NCBI GenBank assembly: GCA_963815195.1
Contig: CAWFGE010000020.1
Coordinates: 224,001 to 288,000, forward strand
Direction of reading: 5' to 3'
Length of the DNA: 64,000 nucleotides
DNA from: an uncultured Planctomycetaceae bacterium
Lineage (GTDB): Bacteria; Planctomycetota; Planctomycetia; Planctomycetales; Planctomycetaceae
Positions 51,002 to 62,986 of this stretch are shown in pieces. The translations under genes were made by a program, and so were the position numbers. The number at the start of each line of letters is the position of its first letter. Within the stretch, counting starts at the first letter, position 1. Below the pieces are notes generated by a model. It did no database searches and was not told where the DNA came from. It worked only from the letters and a program-made list of their open reading frames with translations.

Positions 51002-51344
51002 ATTTCAGACGTTCCAAATGACGAAAATAGGACCGAAGGTCTGGCTCAATGTCCGCCCAGGGCCGAACGTCCGGAGCGATGTCCGCCCCAGGGCCGAAGG
51101 CCCGTCGCTATGTGAGCCCAGGGCGAAGCCCTGGGAATCGGAACGAACAGAATCCAAAAGCCCCAGCGGGGCGGCCCTAAACCGGAGATGCAGGTGGCTC
51201 AATTCACGGACACGAACCAAATAGGGCCGCCCCGTTGAGGCTTGCAAGAGTTACACCATCGTCACACGAGATTTGGAACGTCTGTATTTCCGACGATTCT
51301 CAGGTGGCACAGACATTCCTGTCTGGTGCCAACTTGATTCGGCG

Positions 51345-52559
51345 TTATGACGCCTTCTGTCCAAGCCAATCGGTGGCCAGGAGCAACGCGATCTGGCAGG
51401 CGCTCAGGTAGTTCTCGATGTCGAGGGCTTCTTCGACGGTGTGGACGTTCCGCTGGCCGCAGCCCATGGTGACCGTGGGCAGTCCCCGGGCGGAGAGCCA
51501 ATTCGCATCCAGGCCGCCGTTGGAGATCCTGGTCGCCGCCGAGAGCCCCGCCGCGGCGACAGCCGACATCGCCGCCTGGGCGACCGGCTCCTTCTCGGAA
51601 AGCCGAAACGATTCGTATTTCAAATCCGCCTGGAACCTCACGCGGCCGGTTTTGCCTTCGTCGTTTTTGACGGCCTTCGCGGCCCGCTCGAACGCGGCCT
51701 GATATTCCTTGACGATCCGCTCGCGGAACTTAGGATCGTGGCTCCGTGCCTCGGCCCGCAGCGTGAGGCCGGGCGTGACCACGTTGGTCGCTTCGCCGGC
51801 TTCGATGAAACCGATGTTGCTCGTGCCCTTGTTCTTGCCTTTGATAATAAGCCCATGCCAACCGTTCTCCACGAGGTCGGCAATCGCTCGGCCGGCGATC
51901 GCGATGGCGCTCACGCCATGCTCGGGCTGGACGCCGGCGTGGCTGGCGAGGCCTTCGATCTCGACGCGGATCGCATAATCGCCCGTGGCCCCAATTGTCA
52001 CGATCTCCGGAAAACTGCCGTCCCAGTTGAAGCACAACTTCGGCCCGCCTAGCTTCGGCAAACTGACATATCGCGCGCCCAACAGGCCGATTTCCTCCTG
52101 CACGGGCCAAAACAATGTCAGCGGCGGATGCGGCAGGTTCTGCTTGACGATTTCCAAGATCGCCGTCAACACCACGCTCGCCCCCGCGCGGTTGTCCGCT
52201 CCGAGTGCCGTGTGCGGATCCTTGGCGATGATTTCCTCCCCGCGCCGCGTGGGCCGGCTGCCCACGCACAGGGGCACGGTATCGATATGGGCCATCAACA
52301 ACCGCCTCGGCCCGTGGAGCGTGCCTTTCCGCTTGACGATCAGGTTTCCCACTTCGCCGCCCGCCGGACTTTGCTTGGGCGTGTTGTCGGTTTGAATGTC
52401 CGCGGGATCGATGCCCGCGTCCAGAAGCTCCTGGGTAATGAACTCGACGACCTGCTTTTCGTGGCAGCTCTTGCCGGGAATGGCCATCATCTGGGTGACG
52501 CGATCGATCGCGGCTTTCCGCGACACGCTCGGCAACGGCGAAGGAGACGTTTTTGGCAT
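51345..52559 (-). CDS. M20/M25/M40 peptidase (peptidase T-like)
   Basis: AHIDTV, LGADNRAG, QEEIGL, SHAG and GGLDAN. Confidence 0.9.
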   Translation of the reverse strand: MPKTSPSPLPSVSRKAAIDRVTQMMAIPGKSCHEKQVVEFITQELLDAGIDPADIQTDNTPKQSPAGGEVGNLIVKRKGTLHGPRRLLMAHIDTVPLCVGSRPTRRGEEIIAKDPHTALGADNRAGASVVLTAILEIVKQNLPHPPLTLFWPVQEEIGLLGARYVSLPKLGGPKLCFNWDGSFPEIVTIGATGDYAIRVEIEGLASHAGVQPEHGVSAIAIAGRAIADLVENGWHGLIIKGKNKGTSNIGFIEAGEATNVVTPGLTLRAEARSHDPKFRERIVKEYQAAFERAAKAVKNDEGKTGRVRFQADLKYESFRLSEKEPVAQAAMSAVAAAGLSAATRISNGGLDANWLSARGLPTVTMGCGQRNVHTVEEALDIENYLSACQIALLLATDWLGQKAS

Positions 52560-52732
52560 GGGCGTGACCTGAAGGCTTGGAGGGAATAAACTGGCGTCGC
52601 AATGCGATTCGCGGTGGATCATAACGAACTCATACCGGAACCGCACCTAATCATGTTGGAGAAGTTCTACGACGGAAACACGGAGGTCACGGAGAAAGTC
52701 AGTGAAAACAAACCGGTTGAGGCCTTCTTTCC

Positions 52733-53668
52733 ATGACACAAGATCCACCCCTCGATTGTCACCCGGCGTCTGAAGCCGAGCGGATTCAGGCCTTTCAGAA
52801 TGTGTTCGACGTGTGGCGGCATGCGGAGACCCTGGACGAGCATTTGGCCCGGCGGCTGGCGTCGCCGCAGCATCAGTATGCGAACTGGTTCGTCGGATGT
52901 TTGGGAGAACGCGTGGTGGCGGCTTTGGGCTCTTATCCGCTGAGCTTTCATATGGGCGGGGAACGGATGGAAGGCTTCGCGATCGGGTCCGTGCACACCG
53001 TGCCCGACTGCCGAGGCCGAGGCTACGCCCCGCGCCTTTTGGAGTGGGTGGAAGACGATCAAAGGAAACAGTCCCGCATGCTGGGCGTGTTGTTCTCGGA
53101 CATTCCGATCGACTACTACGCCCGGCTCGGCTATGTCACGTGCCCGGCCTGTGAAGGCTGGTTGGACTTGGAGACCTTAAACTCGATTCCGCACTCGAGC
53201 CTCAAACTCGTCGACTTCGATCCACGGTCGGAGTTTTCCAGCCTAGCAGAAACATATACCCGTTGGCACGCCGATTTGCCCTTGGCGATTGCGCGAGATG
53301 CGGACTACTGGAACTATCTTCTCCGGAAAGGAACGGGCAATGTGTACTCTTGGGTAATGGATCAAGACAACAAGCCTCAAGGCTATGTGTGCTTGAAGCC
53401 TGCCGGCGAGTCGCTCCACATCGAAGATTTCGCCGTCCCGGAACATCTGGAAACCGCAATGACTTCCGCGATTTTTAAAGAAGCCCAAGCTCGCGGCTTT
53501 CGGAGAGTAGGTGGCTGGCTGCCCGATGCGCCGGCCTTTGCGAAGGTCTTTCCGCTCACGCCGAGACAGACAGAGCAGACGATGCTGAAACTGCTCGACC
53601 GCCAGCGAAAACTCGATCCCGAAATGCGGCAAGCGGCGGGCCGCATTCACGAGATCGATCATGTTTAA
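52733..53668 (+). CDS. GNAT family N-acetyltransferase (tandem GNAT, Eis-like)
   Basis: IGSVHTVPDCRGRGYA and LFSDIPIDYYARLGY. Confidence 0.85.
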   Translation: MTQDPPLDCHPASEAERIQAFQNVFDVWRHAETLDEHLARRLASPQHQYANWFVGCLGERVVAALGSYPLSFHMGGERMEGFAIGSVHTVPDCRGRGYAPRLLEWVEDDQRKQSRMLGVLFSDIPIDYYARLGYVTCPACEGWLDLETLNSIPHSSLKLVDFDPRSEFSSLAETYTRWHADLPLAIARDADYWNYLLRKGTGNVYSWVMDQDNKPQGYVCLKPAGESLHIEDFAVPEHLETAMTSAIFKEAQARGFRRVGGWLPDAPAFAKVFPLTPRQTEQTMLKLLDRQRKLDPEMRQAAGRIHEIDHV

Positions 53669-53799
53669 CCGCCAGGCGCGCCCAAGGGCCTTGATGAAAT
53701 CGTGCCAAAAAATCAGCCGCAGGGCGCTCGCCCCGGTTTTTGTGCTTCTCTGGTTTCCGTCGAACCGGACGCTCGCGTGTGCCGGCCGATCAGTTCAAG

Positions 53800-54297
53800 T
53801 TATCGCAAAGTCCACAGGCCGGTTTTTTCGTTGAAATTGAAGTTCTTGCCGGACTTGCGGTCGTTATACAGGGATTGGTACAGCGGGCTTTTGAAGTTCT
53901 TGGACTTGGTTTTATAACCGCTCTCGAGAATGCGGTCCGCGAGATCGTTCAACGTCAGCCCCCGCGGTTCGTTCTTCAGAATATCGATGGCGTATTGCTT
54001 CGCCGATTTCACGTTTTTCGCGCGGGTGCCTTTCTTCTTTTTCGACACTTTTTTCTTCTTCCGACCGGCACTGGCGGCGGGCATTCCTCCGCGGGCGGTT
54101 TTCTTGGCGACGGATTTTTTCTTGCGGCGGCCGCCTTCGGCTTCCCGAATCTGCTGGTCCAGATCGTTCAGTTGCCTTTGAAGCTCCGCCCGCTGGGATC
54201 TTAATTCGCTGAGTTCAGAGGATTTTTCATCCATTAACTCTTTGAGTTGGGCCAGCGAAAGGTCGCTCGGTTTCGGGACGCGTTTTTTCTTCGCCAT
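53800..54297 (-). CDS. Basic DNA-binding protein: coiled coil, Lys-rich linker, winged-helix-like domain
   Basis: LSLAQLKELM...LQRQLNDLDQQI; KKKK tracts; LTLNDLADRILESGYKTKS..F...LYQSL. Confidence 0.7.
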   Translation of the reverse strand: MAKKKRVPKPSDLSLAQLKELMDEKSSELSELRSQRAELQRQLNDLDQQIREAEGGRRKKKSVAKKTARGGMPAASAGRKKKKVSKKKKGTRAKNVKSAKQYAIDILKNEPRGLTLNDLADRILESGYKTKSKNFKSPLYQSLYNDRKSGKNFNFNEKTGLWTLR

Positions 54298-54715
54298 GGT
54301 CGCCTTCTTCTCGTTGTGAGTGGTCGAGGGGAGAAACTGTCCACACGCTTCCTAGCTGGGACATCACAAAACGTCACGCTGACGTTCAATACTAAGGCCT
54401 TAGCTACTCATCCTCGAAATTGTAAAGATTACAATAGTAGGTCTCTTAAATCCTATCAAGTGCCAGCGTGAACTCATCTTGTAAAAAATATATAAGTGAG
54501 ATAGTCTCTCGCCGCTTATCTAGTTGGAGAAAACCTATTCCTTGGCGGATGCCTTCTGTGGTCTTGCCCCATCACGACAACACAACACCGGCCGGCGTTC
54601 GTCGCACGCGTGTTTAAGAGATCCCGCGCGGCTTCCGCCGACCTCTCTCTTTTCGTTGAGATTTCTCTGGAAAGGGAACCTGCCGTCCACAGTTTGAACG
54701 TCTGATACAACCCCT

Positions 54716-55903
54716 ATGCTGCGACGTCGGCTAGCCTGCGTGAAACACCTGATCCTCGCCCTGTTCGCCGTGGCCTTGCTATTGGGAGCGGTGGAGATTG
54801 GATTGCGGGTCCATCATTCGCTTCAGGTGCAATCGTCCGGCGCGGCGAACGACCTCGCGAATCTCGCCTTGCCTTCCTGGAAATGTCATCACGCGCTTAA
54901 GCCTTTGAAAGCGGCCGTGCGGAGAAACCCCGACACCCATCTCCCCGTGGAAGTCCGCACGAACAGCCTGGGGTTGCGTGGTCCGGAGGTTTCCCTGCCG
55001 AAGCCCGGGAATGTGTATCGGATTTTGTATTTGGGAGACGATGCCGTCTTTGCGTCCGAGCTGCCGGAAGAGGAATGTTTCGCCAAGCTCATCGAACAGG
55101 CATTGCCGAGCGCGGAAGGCCGGCGGTACGAAGTTATCAACGCGGGCATTCCCGGCTACTGTCCCCTGCTCTCCTTCCTGCAGTTCAAACATTCGCTCGC
55201 GAGCTTAGAACCGGACTTGCTTATTTTGAACCTCGACATGTCCGACGTGGCGGACGATCATCAATACCGCCGGCATGCGCGGTTGGCGGAGGATGATCTG
55301 CCCTTGATCTGTTCGCATCCTGTGTTTCAAACGCCGCTGTCTACCTCCCGCCCGATGCCCGCGCAGCAGTTGATGTTGTACCAAGTCCTCAAGCGCCGGC
55401 TTGGCGGGTTGCCCGCGGATGAGAACCTCACACCGGACCGCGATGAAATTGATACGCTGGAGGGACGGTATGCCTGGACGCGCGAAGACCGGGCGGACTG
55501 GCGGGTTTATATTTCGCAAGCGTTCTCGCCGATCGGACACCTCAAGCAGTTGGCGGGCGGTTTTTCGTGTCCGCTGGTGGTGACGATTTGCCCAGCGCCC
55601 TGGCAAGTGTCAGCGCGGGCCATGCCCGATCCAAAAGCCCGAAAGACCTGGGGCATCTCCGCAGGCCAGGTTTATGATCCCGGATTGGCCACGCGGTGGA
55701 TTCGCGACGAACTCCAAAGGCAGCGCATTGCGTTTTGCGATGTGACGCCGGCCTTTCAATCGGACAAGGAACCCGAGACGTTGTTTCTGGAAACGGCCCC
55801 GCGATTGTCCCGCCGGGGGCATCAGATCTTTGCCGAGGCCGTGTTAAACTTTCTAAAGCGAATCGTACCACCTCCCCGTCCGCTTTCGGGAAGTTTTCCG
55901 TAG
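54716..55903 (+). CDS. Membrane-anchored SGNH/GDSL-like protein
   Basis: TNSLGLRG, RILYLGDD, EVINAGIPGY and LSRRGHQ; the catalytic Ser position reads GDD, so it may be inactive. Confidence 0.7.
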   Translation: MLRRRLACVKHLILALFAVALLLGAVEIGLRVHHSLQVQSSGAANDLANLALPSWKCHHALKPLKAAVRRNPDTHLPVEVRTNSLGLRGPEVSLPKPGNVYRILYLGDDAVFASELPEEECFAKLIEQALPSAEGRRYEVINAGIPGYCPLLSFLQFKHSLASLEPDLLILNLDMSDVADDHQYRRHARLAEDDLPLICSHPVFQTPLSTSRPMPAQQLMLYQVLKRRLGGLPADENLTPDRDEIDTLEGRYAWTREDRADWRVYISQAFSPIGHLKQLAGGFSCPLVVTICPAPWQVSARAMPDPKARKTWGISAGQVYDPGLATRWIRDELQRQRIAFCDVTPAFQSDKEPETLFLETAPRLSRRGHQIFAEAVLNFLKRIVPPPRPLSGSFP

Positions 55904-56023
55904 CGGCGGCGAGCGTGCGGCGTAAGCTGCATGATTTCGCCGACTTCGGAAAGCCGCCGCCACTGCTTCGCAAAACATCAGCCTCTGCGTGTGCGGCTCT
56001 TGGTGTATTTTTTTGGGGCCGTA

Positions 56024-57385
56024 TTATGCGAATTCCTTCAAGGCCTGGATGATCGCATCCAGATCGTTGTCCACAAGGTGGGGCTGGTTGGCGTGGGGCG
56101 GACGGGGCGTGTCTTGGCCGGCGTGGTAGTTTATGGTCGCGTTGGGGTCTTTGAGTTGGTGCCCGGTGAGAATGCAGACCACGCGGTCGCTGGGGGCGAT
56201 CACGCCTTGCTCGCGGAGCCGCTTCGCGCCGGCCACGCTCGCGCCGCTCGCCGGCTCGCAACCAAAGCCCCCGGCTCCGACCTGGGCTTTGCCATCGAGG
56301 ATCTCCTCATCGCTGACTTCCCGCACCACGCCGTCGCAAATCTCCAAAGCCCTGAGGCATTTTTTGAGGCTCACCGGCCGATTGATTTCGATGGCGCTCG
56401 CGAGCGTCGACGCCCGCCGGTTCTCCGCGTTCATTTGCTGGAAGAACGCCTCGATCTTGGCTTCATCGACCTGGCCGTTGTTCCAGCGAAGGCCCTGCTC
56501 TTCGTAAAGCCGGTAGAGCGTGTTCGCGCCCTGGGCGTTGATGACGGCGAGGCGGGGGATGCGGTCGATCAAGCCCAGATGTTTCAGCTCGGCGAAGGCT
56601 TTGCCGAAGGCGCTCGAGTTCCCCAGGTTGCCGCCGGGGACGACGATCCAATCCGGGACTTCCCAGTCCAGGCCTTCCAGGACGCGGTACATGATCGCTT
56701 TTTGGCCTTCGAGCCGGAACGGGTTGACGCTGTTACAGAGGTAGATGTTTTCCGCGGCGCAGACTTCGCGGACGCGGGCCAGGGCATCGTCGAAGTCGCC
56801 CCGAATTTGCAGCGTCAATGCTCCATAATCCAAGGCTTGTGAAAGTTTGCCGTAGGCGATTTTGCCGCTGCCCACGAAGACCACGGCCCGGAACAGCCCG
56901 GTCGTGCTGGCGAAGATGGCGAGCGAGGCGCTGGTGTTGCCGGTGGAAGCGCAGGCGGCGAGTTTTGCGCCGACCATGCGGGCATGTGTCGCGGCCGCGG
57001 TCATCCCGTTGTCTTTGAAACTTCCCGAAGGATTAAAGCCCTCGTACTGCAAAAACAGATTTCCCGCATTGACGCCCACGTACGTCGCGACGCGATCGGA
57101 AGATCGGAGCAGGGTTTGGCCTTCGCCGATGGTCACAACCATCTGCGGAGGCGCAAAGGGCAAGAGTTCCCGGAACCGCCACACGCCGCTTTGATCCAGC
57201 GGATGCTCGATCCGGCTGCGCCGGGCGGTGAACTCGGAAAGCGATTGGGGAACGGGCACGCGGTCCCAATCGTATTCCACGTCCATCAGGCCCCCATCGT
57301 CGGGGCAGGTGACGTGGACTTCATCGACGCCGTACGTCGTCGTGACCTGGGGCGAAATGGAGGTTTGGTAGGCAAGGTCGCTCAT
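56024..57385 (-). CDS. thrC: Threonine synthase
   Basis: [40 protein letters not shown] and LTGHQLKD. Confidence 0.93.
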   Translation of the reverse strand: MSDLAYQTSISPQVTTTYGVDEVHVTCPDDGGLMDVEYDWDRVPVPQSLSEFTARRSRIEHPLDQSGVWRFRELLPFAPPQMVVTIGEGQTLLRSSDRVATYVGVNAGNLFLQYEGFNPSGSFKDNGMTAAATHARMVGAKLAACASTGNTSASLAIFASTTGLFRAVVFVGSGKIAYGKLSQALDYGALTLQIRGDFDDALARVREVCAAENIYLCNSVNPFRLEGQKAIMYRVLEGLDWEVPDWIVVPGGNLGNSSAFGKAFAELKHLGLIDRIPRLAVINAQGANTLYRLYEEQGLRWNNGQVDEAKIEAFFQQMNAENRRASTLASAIEINRPVSLKKCLRALEICDGVVREVSDEEILDGKAQVGAGGFGCEPASGASVAGAKRLREQGVIAPSDRVVCILTGHQLKDPNATINYHAGQDTPRPPHANQPHLVDNDLDAIIQALKEFA

Positions 57386-57732
57386 TGAGGATTCGGCTGA
57401 AACGAGAAAATGGCGGGCGGAAGGTCTTAAGGCAATCCCGTGGCGATTGTCTCCGCCGGGGGCGGGCGTTGCAACCAACATTTCCCCTCAGGTCGTTTTA
57501 GAAAAAATCTGACAAGATTCTCGCAAAAACTCATTTTCACAAGTTGAAGGCAATTGGCCTGTTGCGAAGGCCCGGGGAAGCGATTTTCTGTATGCTTGTG
57601 CAATATCAAGAGGCAGGATCGCCTTCTGAGAGTCTTGTGTCTGAGTTTTGGGTTGTTAAACTGAGACGCCACAACATTGGACTGTGACAGGATGTTTCAC
57701 CCCCTCTTGGAAAGACACGGAGGTGAAGAGCG

Positions 57733-60700
57733 ATGCCCCTTGCTGATGAATGCTCGAAAACCCGCGAGGAGTTGGTCGAGGAACTTCATCAATTACGGAG
57801 AGAAGTTTCCCTCCTCAAATCGGCCCAATCCGTCTCGGTGGGTTTTGAGGGTCCCATTCCGGAATGGCCCGACCGCCTTGTGGACAAAATGGACCAATGC
57901 GTGGTGCTGCTCAGCGCGGAAGGATCGGTCCTCGAAGTCAATCAAACGGCGCTGTTGGGGTGCGGGATGGATCGCCGGGCCATCCTCGGCCGGCCGCTGT
58001 GGAGCCTCAAATGCTGGCAAGTCTCGCGGGAAGTCAACTGCCAGTTGCGGCGGGCGATTCGTCAGGCTGCGGCCGGCGAAGTCACCCGTTATGAAACTGA
58101 GGTTTACGGGGCCGCGGGCGGACAGGAGATCATCACGATCGATTTGACGCTCAAGCCGCTCCGCGACGAATCCGGGGCTGTGGTGTCCGTTTTGGTGGAA
58201 GGCCGGGACATCACCGAGCGGAAAAACGCCGAGCGCGAAGTCGAGCGGAAGACGGAAGAGCGCCGGATTTTGTACGAGCAGCTCAAGGAGTTCGACCAGC
58301 TCAAGACCCAGTTCTTCGCCAACGTCAGCCACGAATTGCGGACGCCGTTGACGTTGATTTTGGGGCCGGTCCGCAAGCAGTTGGAGTGCCCGAAGATCCC
58401 GCCCGAGCATCGCCGGGCGCTGCGGGTCATTGAACGCAATGCCGGGCTGCTGTTGCAGCGGGTCAACAATTTGCTGGACCTGTCCAAGCTCGAAGCCAAT
58501 GAAATGCAGGCGCAGTATTCGCGCGTGGATCTCGCTAAGTTGGGGCGGCTGGTGGCGTCGCATTTCGAGGTGCTGGCGGAGGAGCGCGACCTGAACTTCG
58601 CCGTGGAAACGCCCGAAAAAATGCCGGCGGAGGTGGACCCGGAGAAACTCCAGCGGGTGCTGCTCAATCTCTTGTCCAACGCGTTCAAATTCACGCCGGA
58701 CGGCGGCACGGTCGCATTCACGCTCAATGCGCAGGGGGACCGGGCGGCGTTTTGCGTGCACGACTCGGGCACGGGCATCGTCCCGCAGAAGCGCGACTCG
58801 ATCTTCGAGCGGTTCCGCCAGGGGGATTTCGACCGCGAGCGCCCCTTGAGCGGGACGGGACTGGGTCTCTCCATCGTCAAAGAGTTCGTGCTCTTGCACC
58901 AGGGCGAGGTGTCCGTGGGGGAATCGCCGGCGGGCGGGGCGGCGTTCACCGTGGAATTGCCGATCCGCGCTCCGAAGGGCACGCCACTGGTCTCGATGCG
59001 CCCGCCCGACGAGACCTGCCATTGGGGCCAGCAGACGGTCGAGGAACTCCGGTCGTACAAAAGGCCCCGCCCGGCGGAACGAATCGCGCACCGCCCAAAC
59101 ACGCCGCTGATCCTCGTCGTGGAAGACAACCCCGACATGAACGCCTTTCTGGTCGAGACCATCAGCACGGAATACCGCGTGGTGACGGCTTACGACGGCC
59201 ACGAAGGCTACCAAAAGGCGCTCGAACTCCGACCCGATCTGATCCTGACCGACATGATGATGCCTCACATGAGCGGCGAAGAACTCGTGCGCCGGCTGCG
59301 CAAAACCCCGCCGCTCGAAGACATCCCCATCATGCTTTTGACCGCCAAGGCGGACAATCGCCTGCATGTGAAGCTGCTCAACGAAGGCGCGATGGCCTTT
59401 TTCAACAAACCGTTCTCGGCCGGGGAACTCTTGGCCCGGGTCCGGCGGCTGATCACCGAACGCCGCCGCAGCCAGGCATCGCTCAGGAAAGCCTACACGC
59501 TGCTGCATTCCGTAACCGAGGGGATTACCGATGCGGTGTTCGTCAAAGATCGCAAAGGGCGGTATTTGATGATCAATTCCGCCGGGCGCGGGCGGTGGGC
59601 CGGTCGCCGGAATGCATGCTCGGCAAAGACGACCGCGAGTTCTTCGCCCCGGAAACCGCGCAGCGGATCATGGAAGAAGACCGGCAGGTGATGGAGTCGG
59701 GGCAGGCCCGGACCTACGAGCAAGCGGCCGCGGTGCTGGGCGTCACCCGCTACTATCTCGCCACCCGCGTGCCTTACCGCGATGATGACGGCCGGATTCT
59801 GGGCGTGATGGGCATTTCCCGCGATGTGACCGCCCAAAAGAAATCCGAGCAGGAACTTCGCGAGGCCAAGGAAGCCGCCGAAGCCGCCAACAAAGCCAAG
59901 GACCGCTTCCTGGCGATCTTGAGCCACGAACTGCGCACGCCGCTGACCCCCGTGCTCGCCACGGTGAATTACATGGAGAACTGCCCGAACCTGCCGGCGG
60001 AGTTTCGCAACGAGATCACCATGATCCGCCGCAACGTCGAGATGGAAGCCCGGCTGATCGACGACCTTCTCGATCTGACCCGCATCAGCCGGGGCAAGAT
60101 CGAACTCCATTTCGAGGCATTGGACGCCCATGCTTCCCTCCGCCGGGCCTTGGAGATTTGCCAAGGCGACATCGAGAGCAAGCAGATCAGCATTTCCCAA
60201 AGCCTCTGGGCCGAGGAGCATCACATCTGGGCCGATCCCGCGCGGATTCAGCAGGTGTTTTGGAACCTGATCAACAACGCGGTGAAGTTCACGCCCAAAG
60301 GCGGACGGATTTCGCTTAGGACCTGGAACGAAACCGTCACCACCGACAAAGGCAAATCGGTCGTCCGCTTGAACGTGGAGATCGCCGACACGGGCGTGGG
60401 CATCGCCCCGGAAGTTCTGCCCCGCATCTTCAGCGCCTTCGAGCAGGGCGAGCGGACCGTGACCCGCGAGTTCGGCGGACTGGGGCTGGGGCTCGCCATT
60501 TCGCGGGCGCTCGTCAAAATGCACAAAGCCTCCTTAACTGCCAATAGCGACGGTGAAGGCAAAGGCTCGACGTTTACGCTAGGCTTTTCCACCATCGAAT
60601 CGAAGCAGGCCCTCGAATCCTCCACGCCCCGACCGGTCAACCGCAAGTCGCAAAGCCAGCAGCGGATCCTTCTGGTGGAAGACCACGAAGACACCCTCCG

Positions 60701-61010
60701 CATGATGCAGCAGTTGTTGACGATGTTCGGCTATACCGTGCAAACGGCCAGTTCCGTCAAAGTCGCCCGCGACCTGGCGGAGAATTCCCAATTCGACCTC
60801 GTGATCAGCGACATCGGCCTGCCCGACGGCACCGGACTCGATGTGATCCGGCACCTGCGTGCCCGCCAGAACATCAAAGGCATCGCCCTCAGCGGGTTCG
60901 GCATGGAAGAGGACCTCCGCCGCAGCCGCGAAGCCGGCTTCTCCCGCCACCTCACTAAGCCCATCAATCTGCAAACCCTTCAGCAAACCATCGACGAAGT
61001 GCTGTCATAA
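57733..61010 (+). CDS. Double hybrid sensor kinase PAS-HisKA-HATPase-REC-PAS-HisKA-HATPase-REC (frameshift ~59590-59615)
   Basis: Two SHELRTPL H-boxes, two N/G boxes and two receivers; the second PAS domain is split between ORFs 57733-59691 and 58752-61010. Confidence 0.85.
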
Positions 61011-61164
61011 ACCCGCCCGATGGGTTCTGTTCAGAAAGTCGCCGATCGCTCCACGTGAGGTGGACCCCATTCTTTGGACAGCGAACGGGGTTGTTGAGTG
61101 GTATGAGTCAGCGGCAGACGAGGCCCTTCATAGGCCTCGTCGTCTTTACGTTGAAGACGGAGCG

Positions 61165-61245
61165 CCGGGTGCCACTGGCAACTTGTTGCCAGTGCGGGGT
61201 GCTGGGATCAAAGACACGGGCAGGCAAGCTGCCCGTGGCACCCGG
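61165..61245. repeat. REP doublet, GGGTGCCAC family
   Basis: CCGGGTGCCACTGGCAACTTGTTGCCAGTGC...CACGGGCAGGCAAGCTGCCCGTGGCACCCGG. Confidence 0.7.
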
Positions 61246-62240
61246 CGTGTGAAGTTGGGGTTTGCCGAGCCGAAGCGGCAGCATACGAAAAGCTTCGAGC
61301 GGTACGTGATGGAGCTGCTTCAGTTCATGACACCCTCGGATGTCTCAACACATTTGGGCATCACCTGGGACCTGGCGAACGACATTCAGAAGCGGCGGTT
61401 GGGCAAGCGATTCGCCCGGCCGAAACTCAAAAAACTCAAAGAGATCGCGATCGATGAAATCTATCTGGGCAAACGCCACAAATACATCACGCTGGTTCTC
61501 GATCTCAAGTCGGGGGCAGTGGTGTTTGTGGGCAAAGGCAAAGGCGCAGAGGCTCTCAAACCCTTCTGGCGTAGGCTCAAATCATCCAAGGCCAAGATCG
61601 AAGCCGTGGCCACCGACATGTCACCGGCCTACATTTCCGCCGTGCTCGAAAACCTCCCCAAGGCCCGCTTGGTGTTCGACCGATTCCACGTGGTGAAGTT
61701 ATTCAACGAAAAGTTGACCGAACTCCGGCGGCAATTGTATCGCGAGGCGGTCGACGGTTTAGCAAAGAGCGTGCTCAAGGGGATCCGCTGGCTGCTGTTG
61801 AGGAATCCCGAGAACCTCGATGAAAAGAAAAACGAACGCCAGCGGCTGGACGAGGCGCTCAAGCTCAACCGCTCGCTGGCGATCGCCTATTACTTGAAGG
61901 ACGAGTTGCGGCTGTTCTGGGAGCAGCCGAGCTATCACGCCGCCAACCGCTTCCTCGCGGACTGGTGCCGCCGGGCCGAGGCGAGCGGGATCCGCTTGCT
62001 GATCAAGTTCGCCAATACGCTCCGCGGCCACCGCCGGGGTCTGTTAGCTTGGCACAGCCACCCGATCTCGACCGGCCCTCTGGAGGGAACGAACAACAAG
62101 ATCAAACTCATGCAACGCCGCGCCTACGGCTATCGCGACCTGGAACTACTCAAACTACGAATCCTCTCACTGCACACAACTCAATGGGAACTAGTCGGAT
62201 AGGTTCACCTAGACCCTCCCCCCTATTATCCTGAAGAACC
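61244..62240 (+). mobile_element. ISL3-family element, 5'-truncated (transposase ends at 62202)
   Basis: IAIDEI, VATDMSPAY, VFDRFHVVK and STGPLEGTNNKIK...RRAYGYR; right end ...CCTGAAGAACC. Confidence 0.88.
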
Positions 62241-62284
62241 CGGATTGGTCTGCCAATGGTTTATCATCATTGTGGCACCGAAAC

Positions 62285-62309
62285 TCGATGGTCCGCACAG
62301 CGGACCCTA
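62285..62309 (-). repeat. GTAG-type REP
   Basis: Minus strand reads TAGGGTCCGCTGTGCGGACCATCGA (hairpin). Confidence 0.7.
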
Positions 62310-62485
62310 TTCTCTATGTCGCCAAAAACACACAAGATGTTGTGGGCAACTCGGGTCATCTCATACAAGATATGGCGCATAACATAACATAGTGCTGTCG
62401 TATTATTAGTTGGTCGTAATCAAATCGAGCGGCATTTCCAACAATCAATTCAAACACAATGATTCGCACCCACACTCTACGTTGA

Positions 62486-62968
62486 TTAGGTATCGGAATG
62501 TGGAAGCAACTGGACCTCGTGTTGTGTTCCATCAGGTAGGGTATCGATTATGATGTGTGATGTAATGGTCAATTGGTTTGGTTGATCGATCATCCGCATC
62601 ACTTCGAGCCTGTTTGGATCAGCTTGAATCTCGGAGCAGATGATAAGTTCTCGGTACGGCTCAGGCCCTTCATCGACCCGCTCGATGAGCCGACACCGCC
62701 CTCCACTCCAGAAGGTTTCGAGAATTATTCGTCGCATCACAGGCTCCGTTGTAGTCAGGACAATTCTTGTTGCCGCAAGGCTTGTTAGAGGAACACCAAG
62801 ATAATCACAAGCGTGGTTATGCCGTGGGACACTGTCGAGGTCCGGCACCTCATTGGGTTCAAGATCGAAGTACTCTGTTGGTTGAATATTCTGAACAACC
62901 CAGTCTCTTGCATTCGACAGGCGATACTGCAAGACTACGGTCAGATCTCCGGTCACAATTACCTCCAT
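62486..62968 (-). CDS. Putative cognate immunity protein
   Basis: Starts 18 bp downstream of the toxin stop; AT-rich; homologous to the 22136-22621 protein. Confidence 0.65.
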   Translation of the reverse strand: MEVIVTGDLTVVLQYRLSNARDWVVQNIQPTEYFDLEPNEVPDLDSVPRHNHACDYLGVPLTSLAATRIVLTTTEPVMRRIILETFWSGGRCRLIERVDEGPEPYRELIICSEIQADPNRLEVMRMIDQPNQLTITSHIIIDTLPDGTQHEVQLLPHSDT

Positions 62969-62986
62969 TTCATGTTTGGTCTGCTT

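Noticed and set aside
61022..61040. GGTTCTGTTCAGAAAGT as the left IR of the ISL3 element
   Set aside because: It shares only GGTTCT with the right end and is separated from the transposase by REP DNA; it may be the end of another IS but cannot be supported.
60859..61243. N-terminal ~128 aa of the 447-aa 'transposase' ORF
   Set aside because: Chance read-through across the kinase 3' end, intergenic DNA and a REP; ISL3 similarity starts only at ~61244.
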